64,000 bases of DNA from IMG/VR virus record IMGVR_UViG_3300045988_116240. One strand, 5' to 3'. Both the position numbers and the translations under genes were made by a program. Origin of the DNA: a virus. The notes under the pieces were generated by a model. The model was not told the origin of the DNA. It saw only the letters and a list, made by a program, of their open reading frames with translations, and ran no database searches. Below are positions 7,053-18,000 of this stretch, piece after piece; the stretch's first letter is position 1; every line of letters starts with the position of its first letter.

Positions 7053-7283
7053 TTATGGCATATTTTCTTTCTCTTTCTCCTCCAGTACCTTTTTAAGCTG
7101 ATATAGGCTCAAAATATCATACTCAAATGTCGGATTTTCCCAGTTTCTTCGGACGGAGTTTGTCTGTACAGCAATGAATTTATGGAGGTCAAATATGTAT
7201 TGACACGGGCTTAGTCTGATTTCGTTAAATGTGATCTCGTAGTTGTCGAACCACTCCAAAAGTTGTTTTAGTTCCTCGTTCAT
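7053..7283 (-). CDS. hypothetical protein
   Basis: ORF track entry, 76 aa. Confidence 0.5.
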   Translation of the reverse strand: MNEELKQLLEWFDNYEITFNEIRLSPCQYIFDLHKFIAVQTNSVRRNWENPTFEYDILSLYQLKKVLEEKEKENMP

Positions 7284-7422
7284 GGTTATACAATAAAATT
7301 TGTTCTCGCAAATATGCCAATAATGCCTATATGACCGGACCTAACTATGTACGAATGATTCGTAGATGATAGAAAACAGTATAGAATAGTTGATTTTTTG
7401 GTGTCCGATGGGAGATAATGAT

Positions 7423-7461
7423 CAAAGTAACAAACACGAGTCACTTTATTTATCTCTTTTG
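7423..7461 (+). promoter_or_regulatory. structural-operon promoter-like motif, copy 1 (CAAAGTAACAAAC-N22-TTTG)
   Basis: Same bipartite motif with the same 22-nt spacer at 28473-28511 and 44449-44487. Each copy lies 17-23 nt before an operon ATG. Confidence 0.45.
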
Positions 7462-7478
7462 CGAGAAAACAGTAGATT

Positions 7479-8033
7479 ATGATCGGAGCGATAGTTGGAG
7501 CCGCCAGTTCCTTGGCGAGTGGCATTGCCGGGGGAATAAAGGCAAGGAAGGCGGCTAGAAAAGCGAACGCCGTGTTGGATAAACAGGCAAAGGAGAATGA
7601 GGATTGGTTTAACCGTAGGTATAACGAGGATTATACCCAAAGCGCGGAGGCGCAAGCCGCCTTGACCAAGGCTAGGGAATTAGCGGATGAGCAGTACCGT
7701 AAGGCCTCCGGTACCGCCGCGGTCGTAGGAGCTACTGATGAGTCCGTAGCTCAGGCCAAGAAAGCGGCGGGCGAGGTGATATCCGATACCGCTAGTGGTA
7801 TAGCCACTAACGCTACCGCACGGAAGGATGCTGTGGAATCCCAATATCTCAACACCAAGAATAATATCAGTAACCAAAGGCTGTCTATCTATAATCAACA
7901 GGCGGCAAACGCCACGCAAGCGGCTAATCAAGGATTACAGGCAGGGATGGGCCTCGTTGGGGCTGATGCGCAAGCCCATCTTGACAAGGGTAAGGGATTA
8001 TTCGAGTCTATATTCAAAAGTAAACAACAATGA
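7479..8033 (+). CDS. hypothetical virion-associated protein (Gly/Ala-rich N-terminus, Ala/Gln-rich helical body)
   Basis: ORF track entry; first gene of the operon that ends with the giant ORF. 4-nt overlap with the next gene. Confidence 0.5.
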   Translation: MIGAIVGAASSLASGIAGGIKARKAARKANAVLDKQAKENEDWFNRRYNEDYTQSAEAQAALTKARELADEQYRKASGTAAVVGATDESVAQAKKAAGEVISDTASGIATNATARKDAVESQYLNTKNNISNQRLSIYNQQAANATQAANQGLQAGMGLVGADAQAHLDKGKGLFESIFKSKQQ

Positions 8034-9079
8034 CATTAGAGGAAAGATATAATAGGAAAAGGACCCCGGTCGTTCAAAGGCCGGAATTGTCCACTACGCC
8101 ATTGGTTGAGCCGGAGGTTGCCGGAAGCCAGAACCCTGTCGCTCCAACCGTGGATAATACGGATGAGACCGCTCCGCAAGCGAGCGTTGTCGAGCCTCAA
8201 ATGAACGATTACCAATGGAACCAAAGGCTTTATGAGACGCTCTTTCAAAAGCCGATAAGTCAAGAGGAGGAGGAGAGAAGAAAACGGGCCGCTTCCGTAG
8301 CTACTGGAATCGGGCATCTAGGCAATGTGTTGTCTTCCTTCTCCAATTTGGCATTCGCGGGAGAGGCACCTTCGCAGAAACTACCCACCGTAGCTGATCC
8401 TAAACTACAATCCTATTCTGACAGGTTGGAGGCTATCAGGCAAAGATACGGGGCCGGGTATCTGGCCGCAAGGCAAAACGACATCAATAATTATCAAAGG
8501 GCATTGCAGCTTTATAGACAGGATCAAGCGAGAAAAGCCCAGAATGATTTGGAAAAGGCCAAGATAGCGCAAAGTGCCGCTCAATTCGCAATAAAGAATG
8601 ACAGGGAGGAGCGGAAGATGAAACAGGATGCCGCATATAAAGAGAGAGAGTTGGGTATAAGGCAATCCAATCTCCGTAGTCTTGAGCAATATCGTACCGC
8701 TAAAGCTAATGGTTCTGGGGCGGATAAGTCTATTGACATCATCGGCAGAAACGGTAAACGTTTCACTTTGTCCGGTAAGGATAAAGATGGGGTTATCGCT
8801 TATATGTATAAGAGGATGTTGGAGTATGCGGAGGAAAATAAAGATAAAAACAAGAGCGTATCGGATGTAACGTGGCAGCTTGGTGAAGGTGGAGACCAAA
8901 AGACCAAACAAGCCGCTATTGTCATGAGTAATATTCAGAATTTCCCGGAATTATACGATGAGTTTGATAGGGTGATCGGATCGGGAGGTTCTTCTAGTAA
9001 GGGCAAGCATATCCCTTTAAACGATGAAGGAGGAACAGAAAATACAAACGAAAAATACAGCTGGATTCATGGATTCTAA
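8030..9079 (+). CDS. hypothetical protein (charged coiled-coil centre)
   Basis: ORF track entry, 349 aa; overlaps the start of the giant ORF. Confidence 0.55.
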   Translation: MTLEERYNRKRTPVVQRPELSTTPLVEPEVAGSQNPVAPTVDNTDETAPQASVVEPQMNDYQWNQRLYETLFQKPISQEEEERRKRAASVATGIGHLGNVLSSFSNLAFAGEAPSQKLPTVADPKLQSYSDRLEAIRQRYGAGYLAARQNDINNYQRALQLYRQDQARKAQNDLEKAKIAQSAAQFAIKNDREERKMKQDAAYKERELGIRQSNLRSLEQYRTAKANGSGADKSIDIIGRNGKRFTLSGKDKDGVIAYMYKRMLEYAEENKDKNKSVSDVTWQLGEGGDQKTKQAAIVMSNIQNFPELYDEFDRVIGSGGSSSKGKHIPLNDEGGTENTNEKYSWIHGF

Positions 9080-12000
9080 TGTAAAACATTTATATGACGC
9101 TATGATTAGCCAAGGATATACGGGACTTGGCGATTTCTCTAATTTTGAGGGTAAGATGAAAGACTCTGGAAAGAGGAGAATGGTTTATGATTATTTGATA
9201 CAAGATGATTATTTCTCCGAGATAGGCGATTTCTCCAAGTTCGAGAGTGCCCTAGGGTATTCGCCCGCAGAGAGGAAAGATTACGTTTCTCAATCAAGCG
9301 TTAATCCTGCACCTATCGCTTTAAGACAGGAGGTTGACGTGCCTATGAAGGATCAATCGGAATACGTTAATCCGTGGACGAACTCACCTGATTACAATTT
9401 TGAGTCCTTGCGTAAAAAAGGAAAGATTGAGACCGCTACTCCTCCACCTCCTACGGAGTATGAGAAGGATTCTTCTTTCATGAATACTTGGGTAGGAGAC
9501 GCTATACAGAAACTTAACGCAGGAGGAGCCGATCTTGGTGCCGGTATATTTGGGGTCTTGGATAAGGCGGCTAAAGGGTTGGAATCCGCAACGGGAGGAC
9601 TGATCCCACGTGGCGGGGCATTCAAGGATATCTCAGATATATTTAAGGCTGATGCGGAGTTTTCCCGGGCAAGGTCAAACAGATACAATGGCAAGGATTT
9701 CACCGATCTTTGGAAAGAAGGGAATTATATGGGTGCCATAGGTGATATAGCCTTGCAAGGCGTAGAGTCGCTTCCGATGTCAATCGGGGCCATGGCCGCT
9801 ACAATGGCCGGAGCTCCAGCGGCCGGACTCGCAGGTATAGGGTCAATAGTAGCTAGCCAGAAATATGATGATCTTGACCAGAATAACCCAAACATGGGAG
9901 AGTTCGCAAAGGTATCTAACGCTATTCTTACAGGTACGGCAGAATCCTTGTCTGAGATGCTGGGCGCTGGCGTATCCAAGGCTTGGATGTCAACCTTATT
10001 CAAGACGTTAGGAAAGGAAAAGGCACAAGAGGCTATCAAGCGTGGCATAATGGGTAAGATGCAAGAGTTCTATAAAAAATTCGGTATGTTTTTCGAGCCT
10101 GTAAATGAAGGTATCGAAGAGGTATCTTCCACGCTAGCGGAGAATATAACGGATAAGATAACAGGTGCGGATCCGGAAAGGGATTTGACCGATGGTGTAT
10201 TGCAGAGTTTTGTCTATGGAATGGGAGGCGGCGCTTATTTTACTGGGGCCGGAGCGTTGGCTAAAGGTGCGCAATACGTAGCGGATAAAATAGGAGGCAA
10301 ACAGGCTCAGCAGCCTATCACCGATTCCAATGTAACAGATCAAGGCGTTGAAACTCCTCCTCTATTAACTAAGTCTAGGTTTGCCGAGGCAGAGGAAGAA
10401 GGTCGAAATATGACTGATCCGGGCGATATACGGACGGCGAGCAAAAAGATGGAAGAGACAAGGCTTTCCCTATCTGGAATGGTTCCGGGTTTGGCTAGTA
10501 CGATAGAAAGCTATGTGGATGATAAAGCTAGCGAGGCCCAAGTGATGAGTCTTCTTGATGGAGTTAATGCGGATGCCCGTCCGTTAGCCGAGGATTTCTA
10601 CGCTGATTATCTCAGGATATCCGGTTTGCAGGATCGTATAGGCGAGGAAATAGACAATGAGGTTGAAACTTACGTTGCCAATAATATTACTCCTTATGTT
10701 ACCACGAATCCTGATGGTCAGTCTATCGTTACCATGGCTACGCTTAGCGAGGGAAATGAGGAAAGACCTGTGTACGTTAGGAGTATCGAGGGAGATAAGG
10801 CCGTTATTTCCGATAACGGACAGGATCGGATGGTCTCGGTGAAAAGGTTGAGCGATATAGTAGAGCAAGATGCCGGTCATATGAGACGGACCTATGAGGA
10901 TCAATTATTGGCTAACCGCCAGTCCGAGCTTGACATGACCATGCATCATAATCCCAAGACGCAATTACCAAAGCCGGGGTTGATCGTATGGAACGGGGAT
11001 AATGCGTTTATCCTTCAAGGACAAGATGAGAACGGTGATTGGATCGCTCAACCTGCGGCTTATGATAGAGAAACCGGGCAGGTGACAGCCAAGAATGGCT
11101 CTTCTCCAGCAATGCCTATAACAGAGAATGAGATTCTTGATCTTCAAGATGCCATATATGACGCTCAACAAGTTAATGTGGTGTCGCCAGAGGATGATAA
11201 TGTTGCAAGTGCTGATGCCGAGATAACCTCTGCACCTCCCGTGGAAGATGCGATCAACCAGCCAACGAGTGAGATTGAGACGGAAGGTGCCATTGATCAG
11301 ATAGCACAACCTAGCAATGTGGAGAATCTTTCCATGGTTATGCGAGAAGATGGTACACCCGATTTCGTATCATCAGGAACGGATATGGCCTTGGATTTCC
11401 TCTATGATAAATATGGCGATAAGATGCCAAGGAAGATCGAGGTGACGAGAAAGTCTTTCGATGAAAGCCTTAAAAAAGCGTCTGATGCCTTGGAAAAGGC
11501 GCAAGAGGCATACGATGATGCCCCTATCGGAAAAGAGGATAAGCCTGAGGCCGCATTGATAAAAGCCCGACAAGAATATGAGGCGATCAAGGTCGAGGCT
11601 GATTTCTGGGCTAATCTTGATGATGATATCAAGGAGGCCAGCAAGAAGCCGGGTGATGTCATAGCGAAGGAGATCTCCGTGATAGGTGATCCTATGAGCG
11701 GAGAGGAGCTTGCGGCCATGATGCTGGCTAATGGGGCGATCAAATTGACACGTGACAGTTACAAGAAAGAGACCGGTGCCGGGAATAATGAGACAGCGAG
11801 GATGTTCGGACTGTTCGCCTCTCCGGAGAAAGGCGGTGTTAATATAGAGAGGGCGGGTGAGATATTGGAGCTTGCCGATAGGGAGAATGGCACTAACTTC
11901 TTCGATGAGAACGATACGAACGCCGGAAGGGACGCTATCATAGAGGTCTTGTCTTCCGCTCATACACGTGGAGACTTGATCGATTATGTCAAGAGGAACC

Positions 12001-15000
12001 GTGAGGCGATCGCTGAGCGTGAGAGACAGGCCGAGTACAACGCTTACGCTGAGTGGTGCGAGGAGAATTATCATATGTCCCCGGAAGAATACGAGGCGTA
12101 TGAGGAAAGCATGGTACGTGATTTCTCGGAGAAACAATTGACTGATGAGGAGCGAGGCGAGCTTGATTCGCAAATCGTGGATGAAATACAGGCCATAATT
12201 GACGAACAAAATGAAATAGACGCTATCTTAGCGCAAAATAAACCGATAGAAAATGAAAACATTGAAGGAAATGACGAAAGCGGAGGCGATGGCTTACGCG
12301 AGGGAGGCGGCGAGGTACTGCCAAGAGAACAACTTGATCAGACCGGGGGAACTGGAGAGGTTGAGGGAAGAGAATCGGCTGGCCCCGACATTGATCGCAC
12401 GGATGGAGCTACACAAGAAGGCTCATCAAGGGGACTAGTTCCTTTTGTCGCTCCTTCTCCAAAGGAGAATGAGACCCCATTGGACTATGCCGAGCGCATA
12501 GTTGAGGCTAAGAGATTGCACGAAGAGGAGCTAAAGGTTGATACCAATCCAACCGAGGCGCAGAAAGAGGCCGGCAATTACAAGAAAGGCCATATAAAGA
12601 TAAACGGTTTTGATGTCACCATAGAGCAGCCCGCCGGTTCCGTCCGTTCCGGTAAGGACGCTAGCGGAAAGGAGTGGTCGCAGGTCATGAATAACACTTA
12701 CGGTTACATTCGAGGTACTGAAAGTGTGGATGGTGATCATATAGACGTATTCCTAGGTCCGGATATGAATAGTGACATGGTGTATGTCGTGGATCAGGTG
12801 AATACTGATGGCTCATTCGATGAGCATAAGGTTATGATGGGATTCCCTTCCTTGGAAGACGCTAGGTCCGCTTACTTGTCAAACTATGAGGAGGGTTGGC
12901 AAGGGTTAGGCAACATTACCGGGGTCACGTTGGATGGGTTCAAGAAATGGATTGATTCCTCGACTCGCAAAACAAAGCCCTTCTATGAGTATAAGGGAAT
13001 TAAACAGGAGGAAAGCGATATTTCTAAAAATAATGATTCTGATAATTATAGCATTGTTTCCTCCCAATATACTACCAAGAAAGGAAAAGTTCTTGATATG
13101 TGGCTATTGAAGTTCGGTAATGAATTATCGAAGGAACAGCAACGTGCCGCCAAAGAGCTAGCCAAGGCTGAAAAGGGTTGGTATGACAGGGAACAGCGAG
13201 GTTTCATGATGCGTAGCGATGAAAGCGCAAGGCGGTTGGCTGATACCATTCTTGGCGATACCGATGCCGTAAGCGATGCGCAACCTATTTCTCTTGAAGA
13301 CACACGCAGGGTCGTAGAGCCTCAAAAGGTAAATGTAGAAAACCTTATTGGTGATATCAACGATAAGGGCAAAGCCAAATTGAGCGATCGTACCGTTACC
13401 CCTAGCGGTAACCGCCTTGTTACCGATGAACGGTATGCGGAACTCCGTGAGCGCATGCGCAAGAAACTAGGCGGTCAAATGAATATGGGTGTTGATCCTG
13501 AGATATTGGCGATAGGTACTGAAATGGCGGTTTATCATATAGAGAAAGGCTTGCGTAAGTTCTCTGATTACTCAAAGGCTATGATCGATGATCTAGGTGA
13601 CGCTATACGACCGTATCTTAAATCATTCTACAATGGAGCGAGGGATTTACCGGAAGTAGAAGAGAACGGATGGGATAAGGATATGACCACTTATGAGGAT
13701 GTCCGTTCGTTTGATGTAGCTAATTTTGATAAGCCAGTCCCGGATATAATGGATGCCGCTGAGACCGTGGTTAAAGAGACTGAGATTGCCGGACAAGCGA
13801 GTGCCGCGGAGAAAAAAATAAAAAATAGCCGGAAAAAGCGAACGGACAACAAGGACAAACCATTACCTTTGTATGGTAACGATTTATTCACTCCTAATAA
13901 TATTAAAGACAATGAGCAAGGAAATTCAAGAGCGGATCAAGGCGTGGGAAGAAAAGCACGGGAAGAGGATCGAGGATCTGAACGCGGAGGAGACCGTGGA
14001 GGCGTGCATGGAAGTGATGTGCTTGACACGGAGCGAGGCCGAGGAATACCTATCAGCGACAGCGACAAGCGGCCTGTTGTAAGGAATCAAAACAATTTCA
14101 GCTTCCCGGAGAAAGGTATTGAGCTTCCTTCCGGTGATATATCCAAGCTAAAAGCCAATATTGAGGCGATAGAAACGCTGAAAGACGTAGAGGACGGCCA
14201 AGGAAAACCTACCCCGGAACAACAAGCCAAGATGTCAAGGTACGTTGGATGGGGAGGTTTGGCCGAAGCCTTGAACGAAGGCAAATACAACGCACGTGAC
14301 AACAATTGGACTAAGGATCGAAATTGGAATGATAAGTATCTACGTTATTATGAGAAACTAAAATCCTTATTAAGTAAAGAAGAGTTCGACAGTGCCGTCC
14401 GTTCCACGACAACCTCTCATTATACCCCGTCCGAGGTCGTGGAAAGCTTATGGGGAATAACGGAGAAACTTGGATTCAAGGGTGGCAATATCAGTGAACC
14501 CGCTATGGGTATAGGCAACATAATCGGTATGATGCCTAGGTCTATATCTGAAAACTCAAGTATAAGTGGGTTCGAGATAGATAGTTTATCCGGTCGTATG
14601 GCAAAGGCTTTATATCCTGACGCTAATATAAAGGTACAAGGATATGAGAAAGCGTTTTCTCCAAACTCGAAAGACTTAGTTATCACCAACGTCCCATTCG
14701 GGAAAAACGCTCCATATGATAAGGTTTTAGATAAGCAATTCAGGAAGAAACTTGGTTCCTCTTATAATCTCCATAATTATTTTATCCTAAAGGGGCTTCT
14801 GGAATTGAAAGAAGGTGGTCTCGGCGTATTCGTCACGTCCTCGGCTACGATGGATGGGGCCGATAGTAAGTTCCGTGAGTACGTGAGTGGGAACGGTTAT
14901 GATCTGGTCGGAGCTATCCGATTGCCTAATGACGCTTTCCAGAAAGGGGCCGGCACGAGTGTCACGGCCGACATCGTTATATTCCGTAAAAGAAAGTATG

Positions 15001-18000
15001 GGGAACCTTCGAATGGGATAGGGTTCGCTACTACAACGCAAATAGGTGAAGGAACTTATATGGAGGACGGGGATAAAAGGAGCAAGCCTATCATGGTTAA
15101 CGAGTATTTCTCCAATCATCCCGATATGATGTTAGGTGATATGATGACTGCTTATGACGCTGGTAGCGGAGGTCTATATAGTGGAGCGTCCCAGACATTG
15201 AAAGCCAAACCCGGGGCCGATTTAAGCAAGGAGCTATTTAACGCTATTGATAACTTACCAAAGAATATCCTATCAGGTGTTGTAGAGACTAAAGGGCCGG
15301 AGGTTGTGGGTGACTCCACTTTGAAAGATGGTACTATTACCGTCCAGAATGGCAATGTCTTTGTTTTAGATGGGGACTCGTTAAAACCGATTAAGGCAAA
15401 TCCTACGTTCGTTCATAATGGTAAGACCCGGAAAATAGCGGATGCGGTAAATGATTACAATGATATAAAGAAAAATCTATACGATCTTATCCATGATGAG
15501 CAAACAAAGGGTGTGGATCCCGAGCCCGCGAGGAAAAGGCTAAACAAAGTATATGATGCTTTCGTGTCCAAATATGGGACACTTAACAGGAACAAGGCTT
15601 TGGACGATATTTTCGCCGAGGATGTTGAGCATGGATTACCCTTCTCTTTGGAAACCGTTAGAAGGGTACCTTCCACGACCGGAAAATCTATGGTATGGGA
15701 AGTCTCGAAAGCGGATGGTATCTTGAATAAGCGTGTAAGTTATCCATTCGAGCTACCGACAAAAGCGGATAATGTCTTGGATGCCGTCAATATAAGCAAG
15801 TCATATAAAGGTAATATTGATATACCTTATATCTCGGAGATAACGGGTATGGATGAGGTGAACGTGACAAACGAGATACTAGAGAAGGGAATTGCTTATA
15901 GGGATCCTGTTACCGGCAATATAATAGATAAGAGCGAATATCTCTCTGGAAACGTAAAAGATAAGTTGGTAGAGGCTAAGGCGGCCTTGGAAGATCATCC
16001 GGAGTTTCAAAAAAACGTGGATGACTTGGAAGCCGTACAGCCAGAACGTATACCCTATGGTGAGATAAGTTATCGACTGGGGACTACATGGATCCCGTCT
16101 GAGTTTATAAATAATTTCGCTGATAATGTACTGGGTATATCTTACGCCAACGCTAATTTTATCCCGGAGATCGGTGAGTATATTCTTGATAAGAGGGCGT
16201 TCATAACCGATTACGCTAAAGCCGGTCAATTCAAGACTGAGAGAATGGACGCTATAGACGTGTTCAAGGCCGCTCTTAACCAACGTAAACCCAAGGTTTA
16301 TGACGAGATTAAATATTATGAGGATGGTAAGCAGAAAACGAGAAGGGTCGTAAACGAGCAGGAGACACAGGCCGTTGCCGAGAAAATATCCGACATGTCC
16401 GATAAGTTCGTGGAGTATATTGATTCTAAAACGATGTTTCATGGTCGTATTGAGGACGTGTATAATGATAAATATAACAACTATGTACTAAAAAAGTATG
16501 ACAAACCGGTTTTTGAGCATTATCCTAACGCTAATAAGAATATAACACTTAGGGATCACCAGAGCAAGGCGGTGCAACGTTGTCTATCCGAGAGCACGTT
16601 ACTCGCTCACCAAGTCGGTACGGGAAAGACCTTTACCATGATTACGTCCGCTATGGAAATGAGACGGCTAGGTATAGCGAAGAAACCCATGATCGTTGTC
16701 CAAAACGCTACCCTAGAGGATTTCGTCCGTGACTTTTATAAACTGTATCCTTCCGCTAAGATTCTATCTCCGACAAAGGAGGAGCGTAACGCCGATAATA
16801 GGACAAGGCTGTTCAATCTTATAGCTACCGGAGATTTTGACGCTATCGTTGTCCCACAGTCATTCATGGCGTTTATCCCGGATAGCGAGGAAAGGAAAAA
16901 GGCATATATCCAAAAGCGTATAGATGATTTTGAGGAGGCTATCGATCGCATAGAAGACAAGGCTTTACAGGAGAGATTGAAAAGGGAGGCCAAGAGTATG
17001 CGTGATTCTCTGGAAGGTATAAAGAAAGGGAAAAACGTAAAGGGCAAGGCAAAGACAGCGGAGACTATCACGGCCAAGACGGAGCGTATTCTTGACAGGC
17101 GGACTGATAACGTCATGACGTTTGAGCAAATGGGTGTTGACGCTTTGTTCATTGACGAGGCGCATAATTATAAGAAGATCGGGTTTCCAAGCAAGATGTC
17201 GAACGTTAAAGGTATCGATACGAGCGCGTCACAAAGGGCTAATAGTATGTTGCTAAAAGCCCAATGGATATCTGAGAATAATGGTGGTCGAAACGTGGTT
17301 CTGGCAACCGGTACCCCTATCACTAATACAATGGCAGAGGTCTGGACTATGATGAATTTCGTGGCACCCGATATCCTAGACGCGTATAATATCAATAGCT
17401 TTGACGAGTTCGCTACCACTTTTGGAACGGTTGAGCCCTCATTGGAGTTTACCGCTACCGGTAACTTTAAGATAGCCGAGAGGTTCAAGAGCTATACGAA
17501 TGTCCCGGAGCTTATAAAGGCGTTCAGGAGCCATACGGACGTTGTCTTGACAGAGGATGTCAAGGAGTTCAAGGAAGACAAGAATATCCCTAAGTTGAAA
17601 GACAATAAGATGACCAATGTCATTGTCGAGAAGAACGAGGACTTGGAGGATGTCATGCAAACCCTTATCAAGGAATTAGAGGATTATAACAAATTGACAG
17701 GAAAAGAGAAGAAGGATAAGAGCGCGCTACCCTTGGTCGTGTTCAGCAAGGCTAAACAGGCTGCGATTGACCTTCGCTTGCTTAATCCTACATTTCCCGA
17801 CAATCCTGATAGCAAGACAAACAAGGTGGTCGATAACGTGTTGAGATTATATAAGGAGAGCGATAAGGACAAAGGCACGCAACTTATATTCTGCGATAGT
17901 TATCAATCCCCTTCTGAGACTCCAAAAATGGATTTATTCGATGTCGATTTATCTGTTCCTCAGTTTAATTTGTACAATGATATAAAGGAAAAGCTTATCA

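Noticed and set aside
8405-8911. 168-aa antisense ORF within 8030..9079
   Set aside because: Shadow ORF with a junk-like translation. The sense ORF is translationally coupled to its neighbours.
11373-12209. 278-aa antisense ORF (and other antisense ORFs at 9392-10048, 10584-11309, 14420-16442, 16736-18803, 19730-20312, 21498-23189) inside the giant gene
   Set aside because: For 11373..12209 the triplets are codon-aligned with the sense frame, so stops would require the sense codons TTA, CTA or TCA, which are rare in this Glu/Asp/Lys/Ala-rich region. The translations are Ser/Leu/Arg/Ile-rich junk. These are classic shadow ORFs.
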